From Thermoplasmata archaeon (GTDB taxonomy: Archaea; Thermoplasmatota; Thermoplasmata; Lutacidiplasmatales; UBA184), in NCBI GenBank assembly GCA_030037735.1, contig JASHQC010000056.1, positions 1,707 to 65,706 of the forward strand: a stretch of DNA of 64,000 nucleotides. The letters run 5' to 3'. Shown here in pieces: positions 1-10,536 of the stretch. A program made the translations under genes and the position numbers. Below the pieces are notes generated by a model. That model was not told the origin of the DNA. It made no database searches and saw only the letters and a program-made list of their open reading frames with translations. Position 1 is the stretch's first letter. Each line of letters begins with the position of its first letter.

Positions 1-2570
1 AGCGCCGGCCCCGTGATCATTCGCCGGTAGCGCACGAGGACGACGGCCCCCACCACTAGGAGGCCGAGTCCGATCCAGAAGAATGGACCGAGGCTCGGCA
101 CCCCGAACACCGGCGGCCATACGGCGCGCCAGGGAGAAACCGGCTGGACCGTAGCTCGAGTCTTCTGAGTTACGGTCAGGCTGAGGACCGACGGACCCCC
201 GGCGGACCAGGCCAAGACCGCGACACAATAGACGATTCCAGGTCTCAGTCCAGCAATAGTGTAGGAAGTTCCGCTATAGCCCAGGGAAGCGGCATCGGAA
301 TAGGTCCCGCACGATCCGCTCGTCCAGAACACCGTATCATTGACGAGCGTGCCGTTCGGGTTAGACCAGCTGAGGGAAATGGATGTGAAGTTGTAGGCGG
401 AGACCGCCAGGTCGCTCGGAGGAGCAGGGAGCGTTGTGGCCATCACCGTAGAGCTCAATGGTGATTGCCCAGTGGAGTTCCAGGCCGAGACTGCGAAGCA
501 ATAGGACGTGGCAGGGGCCAGCCCCGTCTCCGTGTAAGACGTCCCGGCGATGCCCACCGAACGAATGATGGGATAGTTACCGCACGATGCCCCTTGATAC
601 ACCGAGTCGTTGAGTAGTCCCCCTCCGCCCGGGTTAGTCCAGGCCAACGTCGCCGCGCTGGTCGTCGTCCGGACTATCGTTAAGTCCACAGGAGCAGACG
701 GAACCTGGGCCGTCCTGGGACTAACATCATTGCTAAGTGTGGAGTTCCCCCCCTCCGACCACGCTTCGACCGCCAGGCAATACCTCGTGCCCTGAGCCAG
801 TCCGGTTAAGGTGGCGGAAGTCGACGCGCCGTTGGTTGAAGCGGCGCGAGAGTAATTTCCGCAAGAGCCGCTGCTCCAAAACACCGTGTCGTTGACGACC
901 GTTCCGGATGGGTTCGTCCAAGACAGCGACACCGTGGAGTCGGTGACCGCGGTAACGACCAGTGAGGTCGGAGCGTCCGGCAACGTCGTGCCAATCGCCG
1001 GGAGGCTCAAGTGCGATTGACCCATGGAATTCCACGAGGAGACGGCAAAGCAATAGGAGGTGGCCGAGGACAGCCCGACCGCCGTGTAGGAGGTTCCCGC
1101 GCTTCCCAGAGAGTAATTGGTGGAATATTGTCCACACACGGTACCCTGGTGGACGGTGTCGTTCAATACTGTCCCAAAGGGATTGACCCAGCTGAGCGGA
1201 ATCGTCGTGGTGGTCACTGCTCCGACCTTCAGTTGGGTGGGCCAGCCGGGAGGGGTGAAGTACGGGTCGCTCGAATTGTGGTAGTCGTACACGACGTTGT
1301 AGGGGGGGTTCGTCGGCCCCCCCGCCAGGATTGCGGTCGCGTTGAAGTTCAGCAGCCAGGATATGTTGGGGGCGTAGAGACCCTCAAAGCACTGGTTGTA
1401 GCAGGTGAGCGAGTTTGGAGTGATGTTGGTGGAGAGGTAGCTGTTGTTCCACGGATCCCAGACGTTCTCGACGGGGAAGGCCGCTCGGGCTTCGCAGAAC
1501 AGGTAGCTCGACGTGATGACGTAACTCTGCGCCAGTATCCCCGCCGACGTGGTTCCGTCGTTGCAGTTCCCGTTGTCCGTCGACGACGCGAAGATGTTGG
1601 TCGGGCTCAGCGAGCTGTTTTCGTAGGTGAAGAGGACGTCGTACTGCAAGTGCCCATCGGAGCTCCCTTCCCCTACACTGAGGAGCAAGGCGGGCGTTCC
1701 GGAGGAGTACGAGGCGTTGAAGGCGACTCCGTTCACTCCGTTGACCGGGATGCCACTTCCCCACGGGTAGATTTGGTACGAATCGAATGTTGGCTCTGGA
1801 CCCGGGATTTCCCCGAGCACCTCGACCGTGTCCGCCGTGGCGCCGTCGGCGCGCACGTCGATCAGTTGAGACATCTGGGGCAGCCAGTAGACGTTGTTCG
1901 CCTCGAACCAGGGGAGTAAGGCAGGGTACATGTCCCACTGCTGGCGCGAGGAGAGATTGAACCCCTCGATAGTGCCGTTCGCGGAGATGACCGCGACGAT
2001 GTCGTTTCCGAGGTACTGGACCTGCTGGTTCGCCGCGCTCGTCTTCCAGGTCGTGTTCCACATGTACAGATAGCCAGAGCTGAGGTTCACCAACTCAAGG
2101 GAGTACTGGTCGGTACTCAGCGTCGTGGTGCCAAAGAACAGGGCAACGTCGTATCCGTACTCCAGGAAGAACTCGTTGTCGATCATCGCGGCGTACCCCG
2201 CGAACTTCTGGTAGAGAGGAATGATGTCAGCGATTGTGGTCACGTTATTCGTGGAGAGCGACTGCTCGACGAACGGATAGGTACCATCCGTTTCGTTCTG
2301 AACATAGTAGATTCCTGCTGGTTGTTCGCTATCGCTGGAGAGGGTCGGGTACTGATACCCCGGCTTGGAGTTGACATAGGCCTCCATCGGGTCGTAGTTC
2401 ACGAGGTGGTACGTTTGATTGAAGTAGTCAAAGGAGGCAGAGGAGGCCGACGGGATGAGCCCGATCTGATGGGGGGCAGGGACGCCGCTCGTCGCGGACC
2501 CAGTATGGAAGACTCCCCCCCACGCCGGGGGGATGAAGAGGAGGACCAGAATCCCGATCCAAACCCCCAT
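1..2570 (-). CDS. large secreted surface (S-layer-like) glycoprotein, partial (runs off window start); N-terminal signal/TM, many N-x-S/T sequons, repeated Fn3-like modules (..LSWTNPSGT..NDTV..GSCGNY..TSYT..GL..YCFAV.AW..), C-terminal TM anchor followed by RYRR
   Basis: Hand translation of the minus strand gives an uninterrupted frame from ATG (revcomp of cat at 2568-2570) through codons ending at position 3; 856 codons in frame with no stop. Absent from the ORF track because no stop falls inside the window. Plus-strand ORFs 1011..1919 and 1384..2061 are shadows of it. Confidence 0.6.
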   Translation of the reverse strand, partial: MGVWIGILVLLFIPPAWGGVFHTGSATSGVPAPHQIGLIPSASSASFDYFNQTYHLVNYDPMEAYVNSKPGYQYPTLSSDSEQPAGIYYVQNETDGTYPFVEQSLSTNNVTTIADIIPLYQKFAGYAAMIDNEFFLEYGYDVALFFGTTTLSTDQYSLELVNLSSGYLYMWNTTWKTSAANQQVQYLGNDIVAVISANGTIEGFNLSSRQQWDMYPALLPWFEANNVYWLPQMSQLIDVRADGATADTVEVLGEIPGPEPTFDSYQIYPWGSGIPVNGVNGVAFNASYSSGTPALLLSVGEGSSDGHLQYDVLFTYENSSLSPTNIFASSTDNGNCNDGTTSAGILAQSYVITSSYLFCEARAAFPVENVWDPWNNSYLSTNITPNSLTCYNQCFEGLYAPNISWLLNFNATAILAGGPTNPPYNVVYDYHNSSDPYFTPPGWPTQLKVGAVTTTTIPLSWVNPFGTVLNDTVHQGTVCGQYSTNYSLGSAGTSYTAVGLSSATSYCFAVSSWNSMGQSHLSLPAIGTTLPDAPTSLVVTAVTDSTVSLSWTNPSGTVVNDTVFWSSGSCGNYSRAASTNGASTSATLTGLAQGTRYCLAVEAWSEGGNSTLSNDVSPRTAQVPSAPVDLTIVRTTTSAATLAWTNPGGGGLLNDSVYQGASCGNYPIIRSVGIAGTSYTETGLAPATSYCFAVSAWNSTGQSPLSSTVMATTLPAPPSDLAVSAYNFTSISLSWSNPNGTLVNDTVFWTSGSCGTYSDAASLGYSGTSYTIAGLRPGIVYCVAVLAWSAGGPSVLSLTVTQKTRATVQPVSPWRAVWPPVFGVPSLGPFFWIGLGLLVVGAVVLVRYRRMITGPA

Positions 2571-2847
2571 CCAACCTCTGGTTTGACTCCTCGCCGTCAC
2601 ACTATGCTCCTCGAAACTCACGCGGAATAGGGAAACCGAAGTAAACGGTCTCTTCCCTGAGCTAGCCGAGCCTCCTCTCCTCTGCCAAACAGATCTAGGG
2701 ACATTCGCAGAATTCCCAGGTCTCGCCGACCTTTACTAGATTCCCATGAGGGGAAGGCCGTTCGATGACTATGGGGGCCCCGGCGGGCCGCTGGGACGGG
2801 CTTCCCTCGGAGTACTGAACGTTTCGGTTCAAGCGAACCCTTTTAAC

Positions 2848-2863
2848 TGAACTACCCCTGAAA
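2848..2863 (+). promoter_or_regulatory. TATA-like element (cccttttaactgaa) about 30 nt upstream of cdc48
   Basis: AT-rich patch at canonical spacing before ATG 2891. Confidence 0.35.
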
Positions 2864-2890
2864 TCGTTCCCTAGGCACACTGGAGAGCGG

Positions 2891-5113
2891 ATGGCCGAAG
2901 CGATCACCCTACGAGTCGCCGAAGCCTTCCAGCAAGACATCGGCCTTGGCACCGCGCGGCTCGACGTGAGTACCCGCCAGCGTCTGAAGGTCGGAGTAGG
3001 GGATGTCATCGAGATCCGCGGACGGAAGGTTACCGCGGCCGTCGTCAATCGGGCCCAGCAGGACGACGAGGGCAAGGGCATCGTCCGAATCGAGGCTGTC
3101 GTCCGGCGCAATGCGGGGGTGAGCATCGGCGACCGCGTCATGGTGCAGCGGGTCGACTGCCCCGTCGCCGAGGCCATCACAATCGCTCCCATCTACTCGG
3201 GTGCGGCCAAGATGGAGCTCGGACCGGGACTCGAGGCGTTTGTTTCGAAGGCGCTCGCCCATCGCCCATTCGTCCGCGGCGACGTCTTCGTGATTCCCGG
3301 CGTGTTCCTGATGGGCGGATCGCTGCCGTTCATGGTGGTGTCGACTCAGCCGAAGGGGATTGTCCAAGTCGGCTCCCAGAGCCTGATTACGATCAAGAGC
3401 GAGAGCGTCACCGAGACCGAGGTCGCCGCGCCTCGCGTGGCCTATGAGGATATTGGCGGCCTCAAAGAGAAGCTCGGCCGCGTCCGGGAGATGATCGAGC
3501 TCCCACTCAAGCACCCCGAGCTGTTCGACCGCCTGGCGATCTCGCCCCCGAAGGGAGTGCTGCTCTACGGCCCTCCGGGCACCGGCAAGACGCTCATCGC
3601 GAAGGCCGTCGCCAACGAGGCCGGCGCGCACTTCATCGGGATTCAGGGTCCCGAGATCATCTCGAAGTACTACGGGGAGAGCGAGAAGGAGCTGAGAGAG
3701 AAGTTCGAGGAAGCCGAGAAGAACGCTCCGTCAGTGATCTTCATCGACGAGCTCGATTCTATCGCACCCCGCCGAGATGAGGTCGTGGGCGAGGTCGAGC
3801 GCCGGGTGGTCGCGCAGCTGCTCACTTTGATGGACGGACTTTCCGGCCGAGGCAATGTCATCGTCATCGCCGCCACCAACCGGGAAGAGGCCATCGACCC
3901 GGCCCTTCGACGTCCCGGCCGATTCGACCGGGAGATCGAGATCGGCGTACCGACCCAGGCCGGTCGTCTCGAAATTCTGCAGATTCACACTCGCGGGATG
4001 CCGATGGAAGGCTCCGAGAAGGAACGGGAGCGGATCCTCAATGAGCTCGCGATGCTCACCCACGGTTTCGTTGGGGCGGACCTCGCCGCACTCGGTCGCG
4101 AAGCGGCGATGCGCGCGCTGCGCCGGTACCTTCCCGAGATCGATTTCGACAAGCCGATCCCGCTTCCGCTCCTCGAGCGGATGAAGGTCACCGAGAAGGA
4201 CTTCAAAGAGGCGCTCAAGCAGATCGAGCCGTCGAGCCTCCGCGATGTGACGATCGAGATTCCGAGCACGCACTGGGATGAGATCGGCGGCTTGGACCGG
4301 GTGAAACAGGAACTGCGCGAGTCGGTGGAGCTTCCGTTCCGGAACCCGCAGGTCTACACCCACATGGGCATCGAGCCGGTGCGGGGCATCCTGCTGTACG
4401 GGCCACCCGGCGTCGGAAAGACGCTCTTGGCCAAGGCCGCGGCCACCGAGAGCCAAGCGAATTTCATTTCCGTCAAGGGGCCGGAGATCATGTCAAAGTG
4501 GGTCGGGGAAAGTGAGAAGGCGATCCGGGTCATTTTCAAGAAGGCCCGTCAGGCGTCCCCGTCCATTGTCTTCATCGACGAGATTGACGCGATCGCCCCG
4601 CGTCGGGGTCTCCAGACGTCGAGTGGCGTGACGGAGCGCATCGTGAACCAGCTCCTCACCTCCGTGGATGGACTCGAATCCCTCGAGCGCGTGCTGGTGC
4701 TGGCGGCGACGAACCGGCCCGACATCCTCGACGAGGCGCTTCTGCGGACGGGAAGATTCGACCGGCTGCTCTACGTCGAACCGCCCAACGTCACCGGCCG
4801 GCTCGAGGTGCTCAAGGTGCATAGCCACAACATGCCGCTCCAGGACGTGGACTTGGCCGAGATCGCCCAACGAACCGATGGCTACGTGGGCAGCGATCTC
4901 GCCGCCCTCTGCCGCGAAGCCGGTCTTGTCGCGATCCGAGAGAGCCTGTCGGCCCGGAAAGTCACGATGCACCACTTCGACGAGGCCCTTAAGCTCGTCC
5001 GGCCGTCGGTCGATGCGGAGGCGTTGCGCTTCTACGAAGAGTTCACGAAGCAGCTCCTGCGCGAGCGCGTGGCCCGGAAGCGCGAAGAGGCCGTGCAGGC
5101 CATCTACCGCTGA
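2891..5113 (+). CDS. cdc48: Cdc48/VAT-type AAA+ ATPase (two AAA domains, N-domain)
   Basis: 740 aa with two Walker A motifs ([16 protein letters not shown]), two SRH regions and the DELD/DEID motifs of Cdc48/p97/VAT. Confidence 0.9.
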   Translation: MAEAITLRVAEAFQQDIGLGTARLDVSTRQRLKVGVGDVIEIRGRKVTAAVVNRAQQDDEGKGIVRIEAVVRRNAGVSIGDRVMVQRVDCPVAEAITIAPIYSGAAKMELGPGLEAFVSKALAHRPFVRGDVFVIPGVFLMGGSLPFMVVSTQPKGIVQVGSQSLITIKSESVTETEVAAPRVAYEDIGGLKEKLGRVREMIELPLKHPELFDRLAISPPKGVLLYGPPGTGKTLIAKAVANEAGAHFIGIQGPEIISKYYGESEKELREKFEEAEKNAPSVIFIDELDSIAPRRDEVVGEVERRVVAQLLTLMDGLSGRGNVIVIAATNREEAIDPALRRPGRFDREIEIGVPTQAGRLEILQIHTRGMPMEGSEKERERILNELAMLTHGFVGADLAALGREAAMRALRRYLPEIDFDKPIPLPLLERMKVTEKDFKEALKQIEPSSLRDVTIEIPSTHWDEIGGLDRVKQELRESVELPFRNPQVYTHMGIEPVRGILLYGPPGVGKTLLAKAAATESQANFISVKGPEIMSKWVGESEKAIRVIFKKARQASPSIVFIDEIDAIAPRRGLQTSSGVTERIVNQLLTSVDGLESLERVLVLAATNRPDILDEALLRTGRFDRLLYVEPPNVTGRLEVLKVHSHNMPLQDVDLAEIAQRTDGYVGSDLAALCREAGLVAIRESLSARKVTMHHFDEALKLVRPSVDAEALRFYEEFTKQLLRERVARKREEAVQAIYR

Positions 5114-5249
5114 TCCGGAGCCTTCCGGACCCACCCGGAACTTGCGAAACCGCGACACGCCGGAAACATCGCTCCTTCGGCGAGCAAGCTATAAGTAGAG
5201 GGGCCGGGTTCGCGCCCGAGTCTCGGCGGAAAACCGCCGGGCCGGCAGA

Positions 5250-8200
5250 GTGAAAAACCGTATGGGTGGCAGGCTACCGCCTCGTCTGCGGCACGCCCTG
5301 TTGACCCTCGTCGCGGCGTTGGTGATCCTCACTGCCTTCACCGCGCTTCCGGGGGCCCTGGCGTCGTCGCCGAACTACGTGATCTCGGGAGTGGTGTTGC
5401 AATCGAACGGCTTTGGTGTCCCCACTGGCGCCACCGTTCAGTTGACCTCCTCCGCGACCCACGCGGTCTACACCACCACCACCGGCGCCGGGGGCTCTTT
5501 CGAGTTCACCTCCTCGAACACCAACGGTACCCTGGCCATCGGCTGGTGGGGCCTCTCCGTAGCGCCGCAGGCCGACATCCACTCTAGCGGCTGCGGCGGA
5601 CCGTTCCAGGAGTGCGCCATCCTGCCGGCGAATTCCGCCCCGAAGTACTACTGGGAGAGCGCCACGAATCTGACGACCTCGGTCACCCGCACGATATCGG
5701 ACGTGTCGTTCGTCAGCTACAACGCCACCGTCAACGCTACGGTCACGTACGGCGGCGTCGGCGTGAATGGCGGCACTGTGGAGCTCATCTCACCGGACTA
5801 CCCCGGATTCGCGCTCTCCGAGAACAAGACCAACGCCACAGGTGTGACCACGTTCCCTGCCCCGTCCGGCAGCTGGCTGCTGTACGCGGAGGCGCCCGGC
5901 AGCCCCAGCCACTTCTCGTACACCCCCGAGACGATTCCGGCGTCGGGCGTCGACCACCTCTCTCTTACGATCAACAACTACCTGACCTACGGGTCGATCT
6001 CCAGCACGACCGGAGGACTGGAGCCCAACGGGTTCAATGCCACGTTGATCGACACGAGCTCGGGCGCCGAGCTCGACGACACGTACTCCCAGTACAGCGC
6101 CACCGGCTACTCGTACGCCGTCGGTTCCTATCCGTCGGGCTTTACGGGGAGTGGCAAGGAGACCTTCGACCTGGTCATCTCACCCATCGGATATGCTCCG
6201 GCTTTCGTCCCTCTGTCCGTGAATTCAACCACCCCTTCCGGGGTGGCGGGCGGAAACCCCCACAACGTGGTCGTGGCCCCGATGGCCCCGCCCGCCGTAT
6301 ACAACACGACGCTCAATTTCGCCTCCGGCCCTACCGGGTCCAGCTTCTATCTGCTCAACGTGACGACGGTGGCCACGTTGGGGAACTACTCCGTGTTCCC
6401 CGACCTTTCCAACGCCAGCATCGACCAGCTTTGGGGCCAGCTCGCCCTCGATTTCGACCACTCGCTCACACTCTCTAACACGACCTTCATGAACGACGTG
6501 GTCCCGTGGGTCCAGGCCCAAGGACCGTTCTTCCCCGCCGGACAGGACGACGCGACCATCAACGGAACCGGCTTCGGCCAGCCCACGAATTACACCACTC
6601 CCTCCCCTAACCCCGCGATCACGGGCGGGTACGAAACGAGCTACACTCTGACCAACGCCCAAGGTCTCTCGATGCGGTGGAGCCAGGTCTACAACGCGAC
6701 CGCTGTGCTACCGAAGGCAGGAAACGCTAGTGAGTACGTCCTGTCGTTCAATTTCCGGCATCCGACCAGCGGACAATCGATCAATTACACCATCGAGCTG
6801 CCCAAGGGATACGTACTGAAGGCGGGCACGGTCGCGCCGTCGGACTCCAAGCTCGCCCCGGCCGGATCGGGCGGAACCTGGACCAAGTTCTACCTGGACT
6901 CGGAGCCCTCGTTCAGCGCGTCCACCACCGCGAGCTTCACCGTCGTGAAGTACGGGAACGTGTCGGCCCGCCTCAACGTCTCGGTCCCGACCTTCACGTT
7001 CTCGAAGAAAAACGTCCTCAACGATTCCCGGACCAACTACACGGTCGTCGTAGGAGTGGGAGAGAACGTCACCTTCTCTGCAATCAACTCGACCTACCCC
7101 GCGGGCACCAACGGCTCGGCGTTCGAATGGCACTTCGGCGATGGCGGAACGAACTCCTCCACTCAGCCGACGACCCACCACATCTACACCGCCACGGGAA
7201 AGTACGTGGGCACGCTGAACGTCACGGCGTCTGGCGGACTCACGAACCAGATCACTTACACCGTCTACGCCGGGAACCAGACGCCGACCGCCGTGATCGA
7301 TGGGAACTGGACCGCCGCGGAGAATCAATCGGTCAGCGGCCACCAGTACATTATCCTCAACTGGTCGCAGTCCCTGACGTTCAACCTCACCGGCAGCATG
7401 TCCACGCTGTACTCGGGAGCGCCGGTCCATGGCGTGATCTCGGACGCGGTCTGGAACCTCACCAGCCACAACTTCACCGACATTCTGGCCAACTACTCCG
7501 CGGGTGCCGGAGCGAACACGAGCACTCCCGTCAGCTACAGCTTCCAGGGAGCCGGATCCTTCCTCACCACCGGACTCGTGGACGGCAATCCCGTCACCTT
7601 CAAGGGATGGCAGTACAACCTGACGCTCACGGTCTGGGACGGGCAAGGCCAATCTGCCAAGACGACCCTCGTCATCCTGGTGCGAGATACGGAGAAACCG
7701 ATTCCCGTCGTGCTGGCCTACAATGGCGCCGGCAACCTGATTCCCAGCTCGGGGACGGTCGAGGGGCCCAACGAAGTGGCCTACGTCCGGTTGACAGGCA
7801 AGAACTCCACCGCCCCCCACAACGGGACGATCGCCTCCTATGCTTGGGTCGTCAACAACACCGGGAACAGCTCGGTCCACATCACCAACGCCAACGAGTC
7901 CTGGGCCTACCTGTTCCCGCCGCAGAAGGACCCGTACACCGTGAACCTCACCGTCAAGGACACGGCAGGAAACACAGCGTACGCGCTCTACAAGCTCGCG
8001 GTCGCCTTCAACACGACCACGCGTCCGATCCTGACCCTAAAGAACGAGACCGAAGCGACGGGTCTCACGTCGATGACCGCCGGCACCTCGTACACGTGGT
8101 GGTTCAACATCACGAACAAGGGCGGCGTGCTCTCGACGGCGGAGAACGTGCAGCTCCTCGTATCGATCACCAGCGCCACCGCCACGGCTCCCGGCGGCAA

Positions 8201-8609
8201 CACCGCCGGCACGCCGGCCTCGGTAAGGTTCTACAACGTGTCGGCGAACGGCACGGTCTCCTCGACGCAGTACCCGGCGCCGGTCAGCCTGGCGTACAAC
8301 CAGACGGTCCGGGCGGTGGTCACATTGACGCCGTCGATCACGGGCACCAAGTTCCTGTGGGGGAACGCGACCTGCAATAACTGCTACACCTACGCCGACA
8401 GCGTGACCTACGTCAAGGTGTCGATCGGCCAGAACACGACGCAACTCCTCCTCGAGTACGTGGCGATTGGGGCAGGCGCCGTCATCGTGATCGTGGCGCT
8501 GATCCTGTTGTTCCGACGACGCGGAAAGGCCGCGTCGACCCCCTCGAAGGGCGGCGGCGGGGGCCGGCTGGAGCGAGGCTCCTCGAAGGACGAGGACGAC
8601 GAGACCTGA
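5250..8609 (+). CDS. large surface glycoprotein with PKD domain; N-terminal signal/TM, C-terminal TM anchor, sequon-rich
   Basis: 1119 aa with an N-terminal hydrophobic segment, dozens of N-x-T/S motifs, a PKD-like segment (FEWHFGDGGTNSS..HIYTATGKYVGTLNVTASGG) and a C-terminal TM (AIGAGAVIVIVALILLF) followed by RRRGK; start is GTG at 5250 or ATG at 5262. Confidence 0.7.
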   Translation: MKNRMGGRLPPRLRHALLTLVAALVILTAFTALPGALASSPNYVISGVVLQSNGFGVPTGATVQLTSSATHAVYTTTTGAGGSFEFTSSNTNGTLAIGWWGLSVAPQADIHSSGCGGPFQECAILPANSAPKYYWESATNLTTSVTRTISDVSFVSYNATVNATVTYGGVGVNGGTVELISPDYPGFALSENKTNATGVTTFPAPSGSWLLYAEAPGSPSHFSYTPETIPASGVDHLSLTINNYLTYGSISSTTGGLEPNGFNATLIDTSSGAELDDTYSQYSATGYSYAVGSYPSGFTGSGKETFDLVISPIGYAPAFVPLSVNSTTPSGVAGGNPHNVVVAPMAPPAVYNTTLNFASGPTGSSFYLLNVTTVATLGNYSVFPDLSNASIDQLWGQLALDFDHSLTLSNTTFMNDVVPWVQAQGPFFPAGQDDATINGTGFGQPTNYTTPSPNPAITGGYETSYTLTNAQGLSMRWSQVYNATAVLPKAGNASEYVLSFNFRHPTSGQSINYTIELPKGYVLKAGTVAPSDSKLAPAGSGGTWTKFYLDSEPSFSASTTASFTVVKYGNVSARLNVSVPTFTFSKKNVLNDSRTNYTVVVGVGENVTFSAINSTYPAGTNGSAFEWHFGDGGTNSSTQPTTHHIYTATGKYVGTLNVTASGGLTNQITYTVYAGNQTPTAVIDGNWTAAENQSVSGHQYIILNWSQSLTFNLTGSMSTLYSGAPVHGVISDAVWNLTSHNFTDILANYSAGAGANTSTPVSYSFQGAGSFLTTGLVDGNPVTFKGWQYNLTLTVWDGQGQSAKTTLVILVRDTEKPIPVVLAYNGAGNLIPSSGTVEGPNEVAYVRLTGKNSTAPHNGTIASYAWVVNNTGNSSVHITNANESWAYLFPPQKDPYTVNLTVKDTAGNTAYALYKLAVAFNTTTRPILTLKNETEATGLTSMTAGTSYTWWFNITNKGGVLSTAENVQLLVSITSATATAPGGNTAGTPASVRFYNVSANGTVSSTQYPAPVSLAYNQTVRAVVTLTPSITGTKFLWGNATCNNCYTYADSVTYVKVSIGQNTTQLLLEYVAIGAGAVIVIVALILLFRRRGKAASTPSKGGGGGRLERGSSKDEDDET

Positions 8610-8665
8610 GTTCTCGCGGGGCGCCGACCCGGCGGTCCCGGCCGTCCTAGGGGCTCACCCCTCGG

Positions 8666-8863
8666 CTAGCCGTACGGACCCACGTCGTCCAGCAGGTCGA
8701 CGTGGGTCAGGATCATCCGACGGCAGCAGTAGCGCCGCAGGCCCAGCGCATCCAGAACGGCCCCCGGCGCCTCGCCCCGTGCCGTTCGCTCTTGGAACTG
8801 GTCCCAGTTCTGGCCGATCACATTGCCGCACGTGAAGCAGCGGACCGGCACCATCAGCGTCAT
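8666..8863 (-). CDS. rpoN: DNA-directed RNA polymerase subunit N (Rpb10)
   Basis: MVPVRCFTCGNVIG..W..F..LGLRRYCCRRM signature; the ORF-track entry carries a spurious N-terminal extension. Confidence 0.8.
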   Translation of the reverse strand: MTLMVPVRCFTCGNVIGQNWDQFQERTARGEAPGAVLDALGLRRYCCRRMILTHVDLLDDVGPYG

Positions 8864-8882
8864 GGATCCCTCCTCCCCTCGC

Positions 8883-9290
8883 TCACCGGTACGACTTCTG
8901 CCGCCGGGCGCGTGCTCCCCGGCCACCGGGACGCTTGGGCAGCTTCCGTCGGGGGTCGTTCACGACGAGGCTCCGGTCGTAGTGCTTGAAGGTCTCCCGG
9001 AGCTGCTCGTCCTTGAGCCAGGTGATCAGTCCCCGGGCGATCGCCGTCCGAGCCGCCGCCGCCTGCCCGGCCACCCCCCCGCCGGAGAGGTACACGTCGA
9101 TGTCGACGCCCTTCCAGCGGTCCCCGATCATCAGGAGTGGCTCGGCGATCTTCTCCCGTGCGAAGACGGGCTCGTAGATCTCGAGGGGGCGGCGGTTGAC
9201 GTGGACGCGACCGATACCCTTGGTGAACGTCGCCCGGGCGGTGGCCGCCTTGCGCTTGCCGGTGGTAATCAGCGCCGGGGGCGTCTTCAT
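8883..9290 (-). CDS. rps9: 30S ribosomal protein S9 (uS9)
   Basis: 135 aa ending in the Arg-rich tail RRQKSYR; typical S9. Confidence 0.85.
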   Translation of the reverse strand: MKTPPALITTGKRKAATARATFTKGIGRVHVNRRPLEIYEPVFAREKIAEPLLMIGDRWKGVDIDVYLSGGGVAGQAAAARTAIARGLITWLKDEQLRETFKHYDRSLVVNDPRRKLPKRPGGRGARARRQKSYR

Positions 9291-9697
9291 ACTCGGGCTC
9301 CCAACAGTCGCGACACCTCTTCAAGGGTCAGTGGCGACCGTAGGGTCGGTTTCGCCTGGGCATCCGGCAGGCTGCTCGCTGACACCTTGGCGTACGGCTC
9401 CGGACAGCCGATGTAGACCGTGAGACGGTGGAAGGCGGCCTTGCCGCGGCTCTTGAGATGCGGGACCATCCCCCGCACGGCTCGACGGAAAATGCGGTCC
9501 GGGTTCCGAGGAAAGTGTGGCCCACTACGGACCGACCCGCGGGCGCGGTTCGCCCGATAAATCTCGAGGACCGAGGCGCGGGAACCGGTGACCACGGCTC
9601 TCTCGGCGTAGATGACCACGATGCTCTCCCCCGCCAGGAGGCGCTGGGCGATCAGGCTCGCCGCGCGACCCACGACCAAACCGGACGCGTCAATCAC
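9287..9697 (-). CDS. rpl13: 50S ribosomal protein L13 (uL13)
   Basis: IDASGLVVGRAASLIAQRLL.. matches the L13 N-terminus; probable GTG start at 9695-9697, and the listed ORF has an upstream spurious extension. Confidence 0.75.
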   Translation of the reverse strand: MIDASGLVVGRAASLIAQRLLAGESIVVIYAERAVVTGSRASVLEIYRANRARGSVRSGPHFPRNPDRIFRRAVRGMVPHLKSRGKAAFHRLTVYIGCPEPYAKVSASSLPDAQAKPTLRSPLTLEEVSRLLGARV

Positions 9698-9731
9698 GGT
9701 CGGCCCGGATTCCGATGAGGAGGCACCGGCG

Positions 9732-10097
9732 TCAGGCAAGGAGACGCACCCCCTTCCCGCTGGGGTAGTTCTTGATGAGCTCGAGGATGGAAAGAGTCGT
9801 TCCCCCCGCTGCCTGGACCTTGGAACGGGCTTCGGAGGAGTACGAGACGGCTCCGATCGTGAGCGGCTTTGTAAGATTCCCTTCGGAGAGCAGCTTGCCC
9901 GGAACCACGATGGTCTCTTGGGCTTCGGCCAGGCGTTCCAAGTGCCCGACGTTGAGCGGGAAGACCTGGTGGCGGGGCCGGGAAAGGCACTCCGCCGTGG
10001 CACGCCAGACCGGGGCCCGATGGGCCCTCGCGGCCTTCCTCAGCTCGACGATAACCCGGGCGAGATCCGGGTTTCCCTTGCGAATAACGTCAGACAT
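9732..10097 (-). CDS. rpl18e: 50S ribosomal protein L18e
   Basis: 121 aa with typical L18e sequence, in the conserved rpl18e-rpl13-rps9-rpoN order. Confidence 0.8.
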   Translation of the reverse strand: MSDVIRKGNPDLARVIVELRKAARAHRAPVWRATAECLSRPRHQVFPLNVGHLERLAEAQETIVVPGKLLSEGNLTKPLTIGAVSYSSEARSKVQAAGGTTLSILELIKNYPSGKGVRLLA

Positions 10098-10293
10098 GGC
10101 GGGAGGGCGCTCGACCCGAGTCCTCGATATAAGCGTTGCCGAAAGGGCTGCACGTTCCGGATTGGGGCGCGGTAAATTTCAGCTGCAGCGACCCCTTACT
10201 GCCGCCCCAATTTCCCGGCGAGATTTCGCGCTACCGATGCCGAATAACGGTTAAATAGCGACCCCCGCCATTTCGCCGCAGAGGGCCCCTTCA

Positions 10294-10536
10294 ATGAGGA
10301 AGTTCCTTACCGAGCTCCGCGGCAAGACCGTGATGACGAACGACGGCCAGATTTTGGGCGCGATCGAGAATTTCGTCATCGACACGCAGACCGGTGGGAT
10401 TGCTCACGTGCTGGTCACCGCGAGCGAGGATGTGGAATCGCGCCTCTTCCAGACCGACGCCTCGGGCCGCCTCGTGCTCCCCTTCAAGAGCATGCGCGCG
10501 GTCAAGGACGTCGTCGTGATGGACCTTGGGAAGTAG
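10294..10536 (+). CDS. PRC-barrel domain protein
   Basis: 80 aa; ..LRGKTVMTNDGQILGAIENFVIDTQTGGIAHVLV.. is PRC-barrel-like. Confidence 0.6.
   Translation: MRKFLTELRGKTVMTNDGQILGAIENFVIDTQTGGIAHVLVTASEDVESRLFQTDASGRLVLPFKSMRAVKDVVVMDLGK

Noticed and set aside
1011-2061. ORFs 1011..1919 (+), 1384..2061 (-) and 733..1137 (-) in the first 2.6 kb
   Set aside because: Arg/Gly-rich junk composition. They are alternative-frame or antisense shadows of the long minus-strand surface-protein gene that occupies 3..2570 in a single frame.
5612-8444. ORFs 5612..6478, 6225..6662, 6708..7880, 7127..8380 and 8037..8444 overlapping the 5250..8609 gene
   Set aside because: All lie inside the large PKD surface-protein gene in other frames or strands, with Arg/His-rich low-complexity translations typical of GC-rich shadow ORFs.
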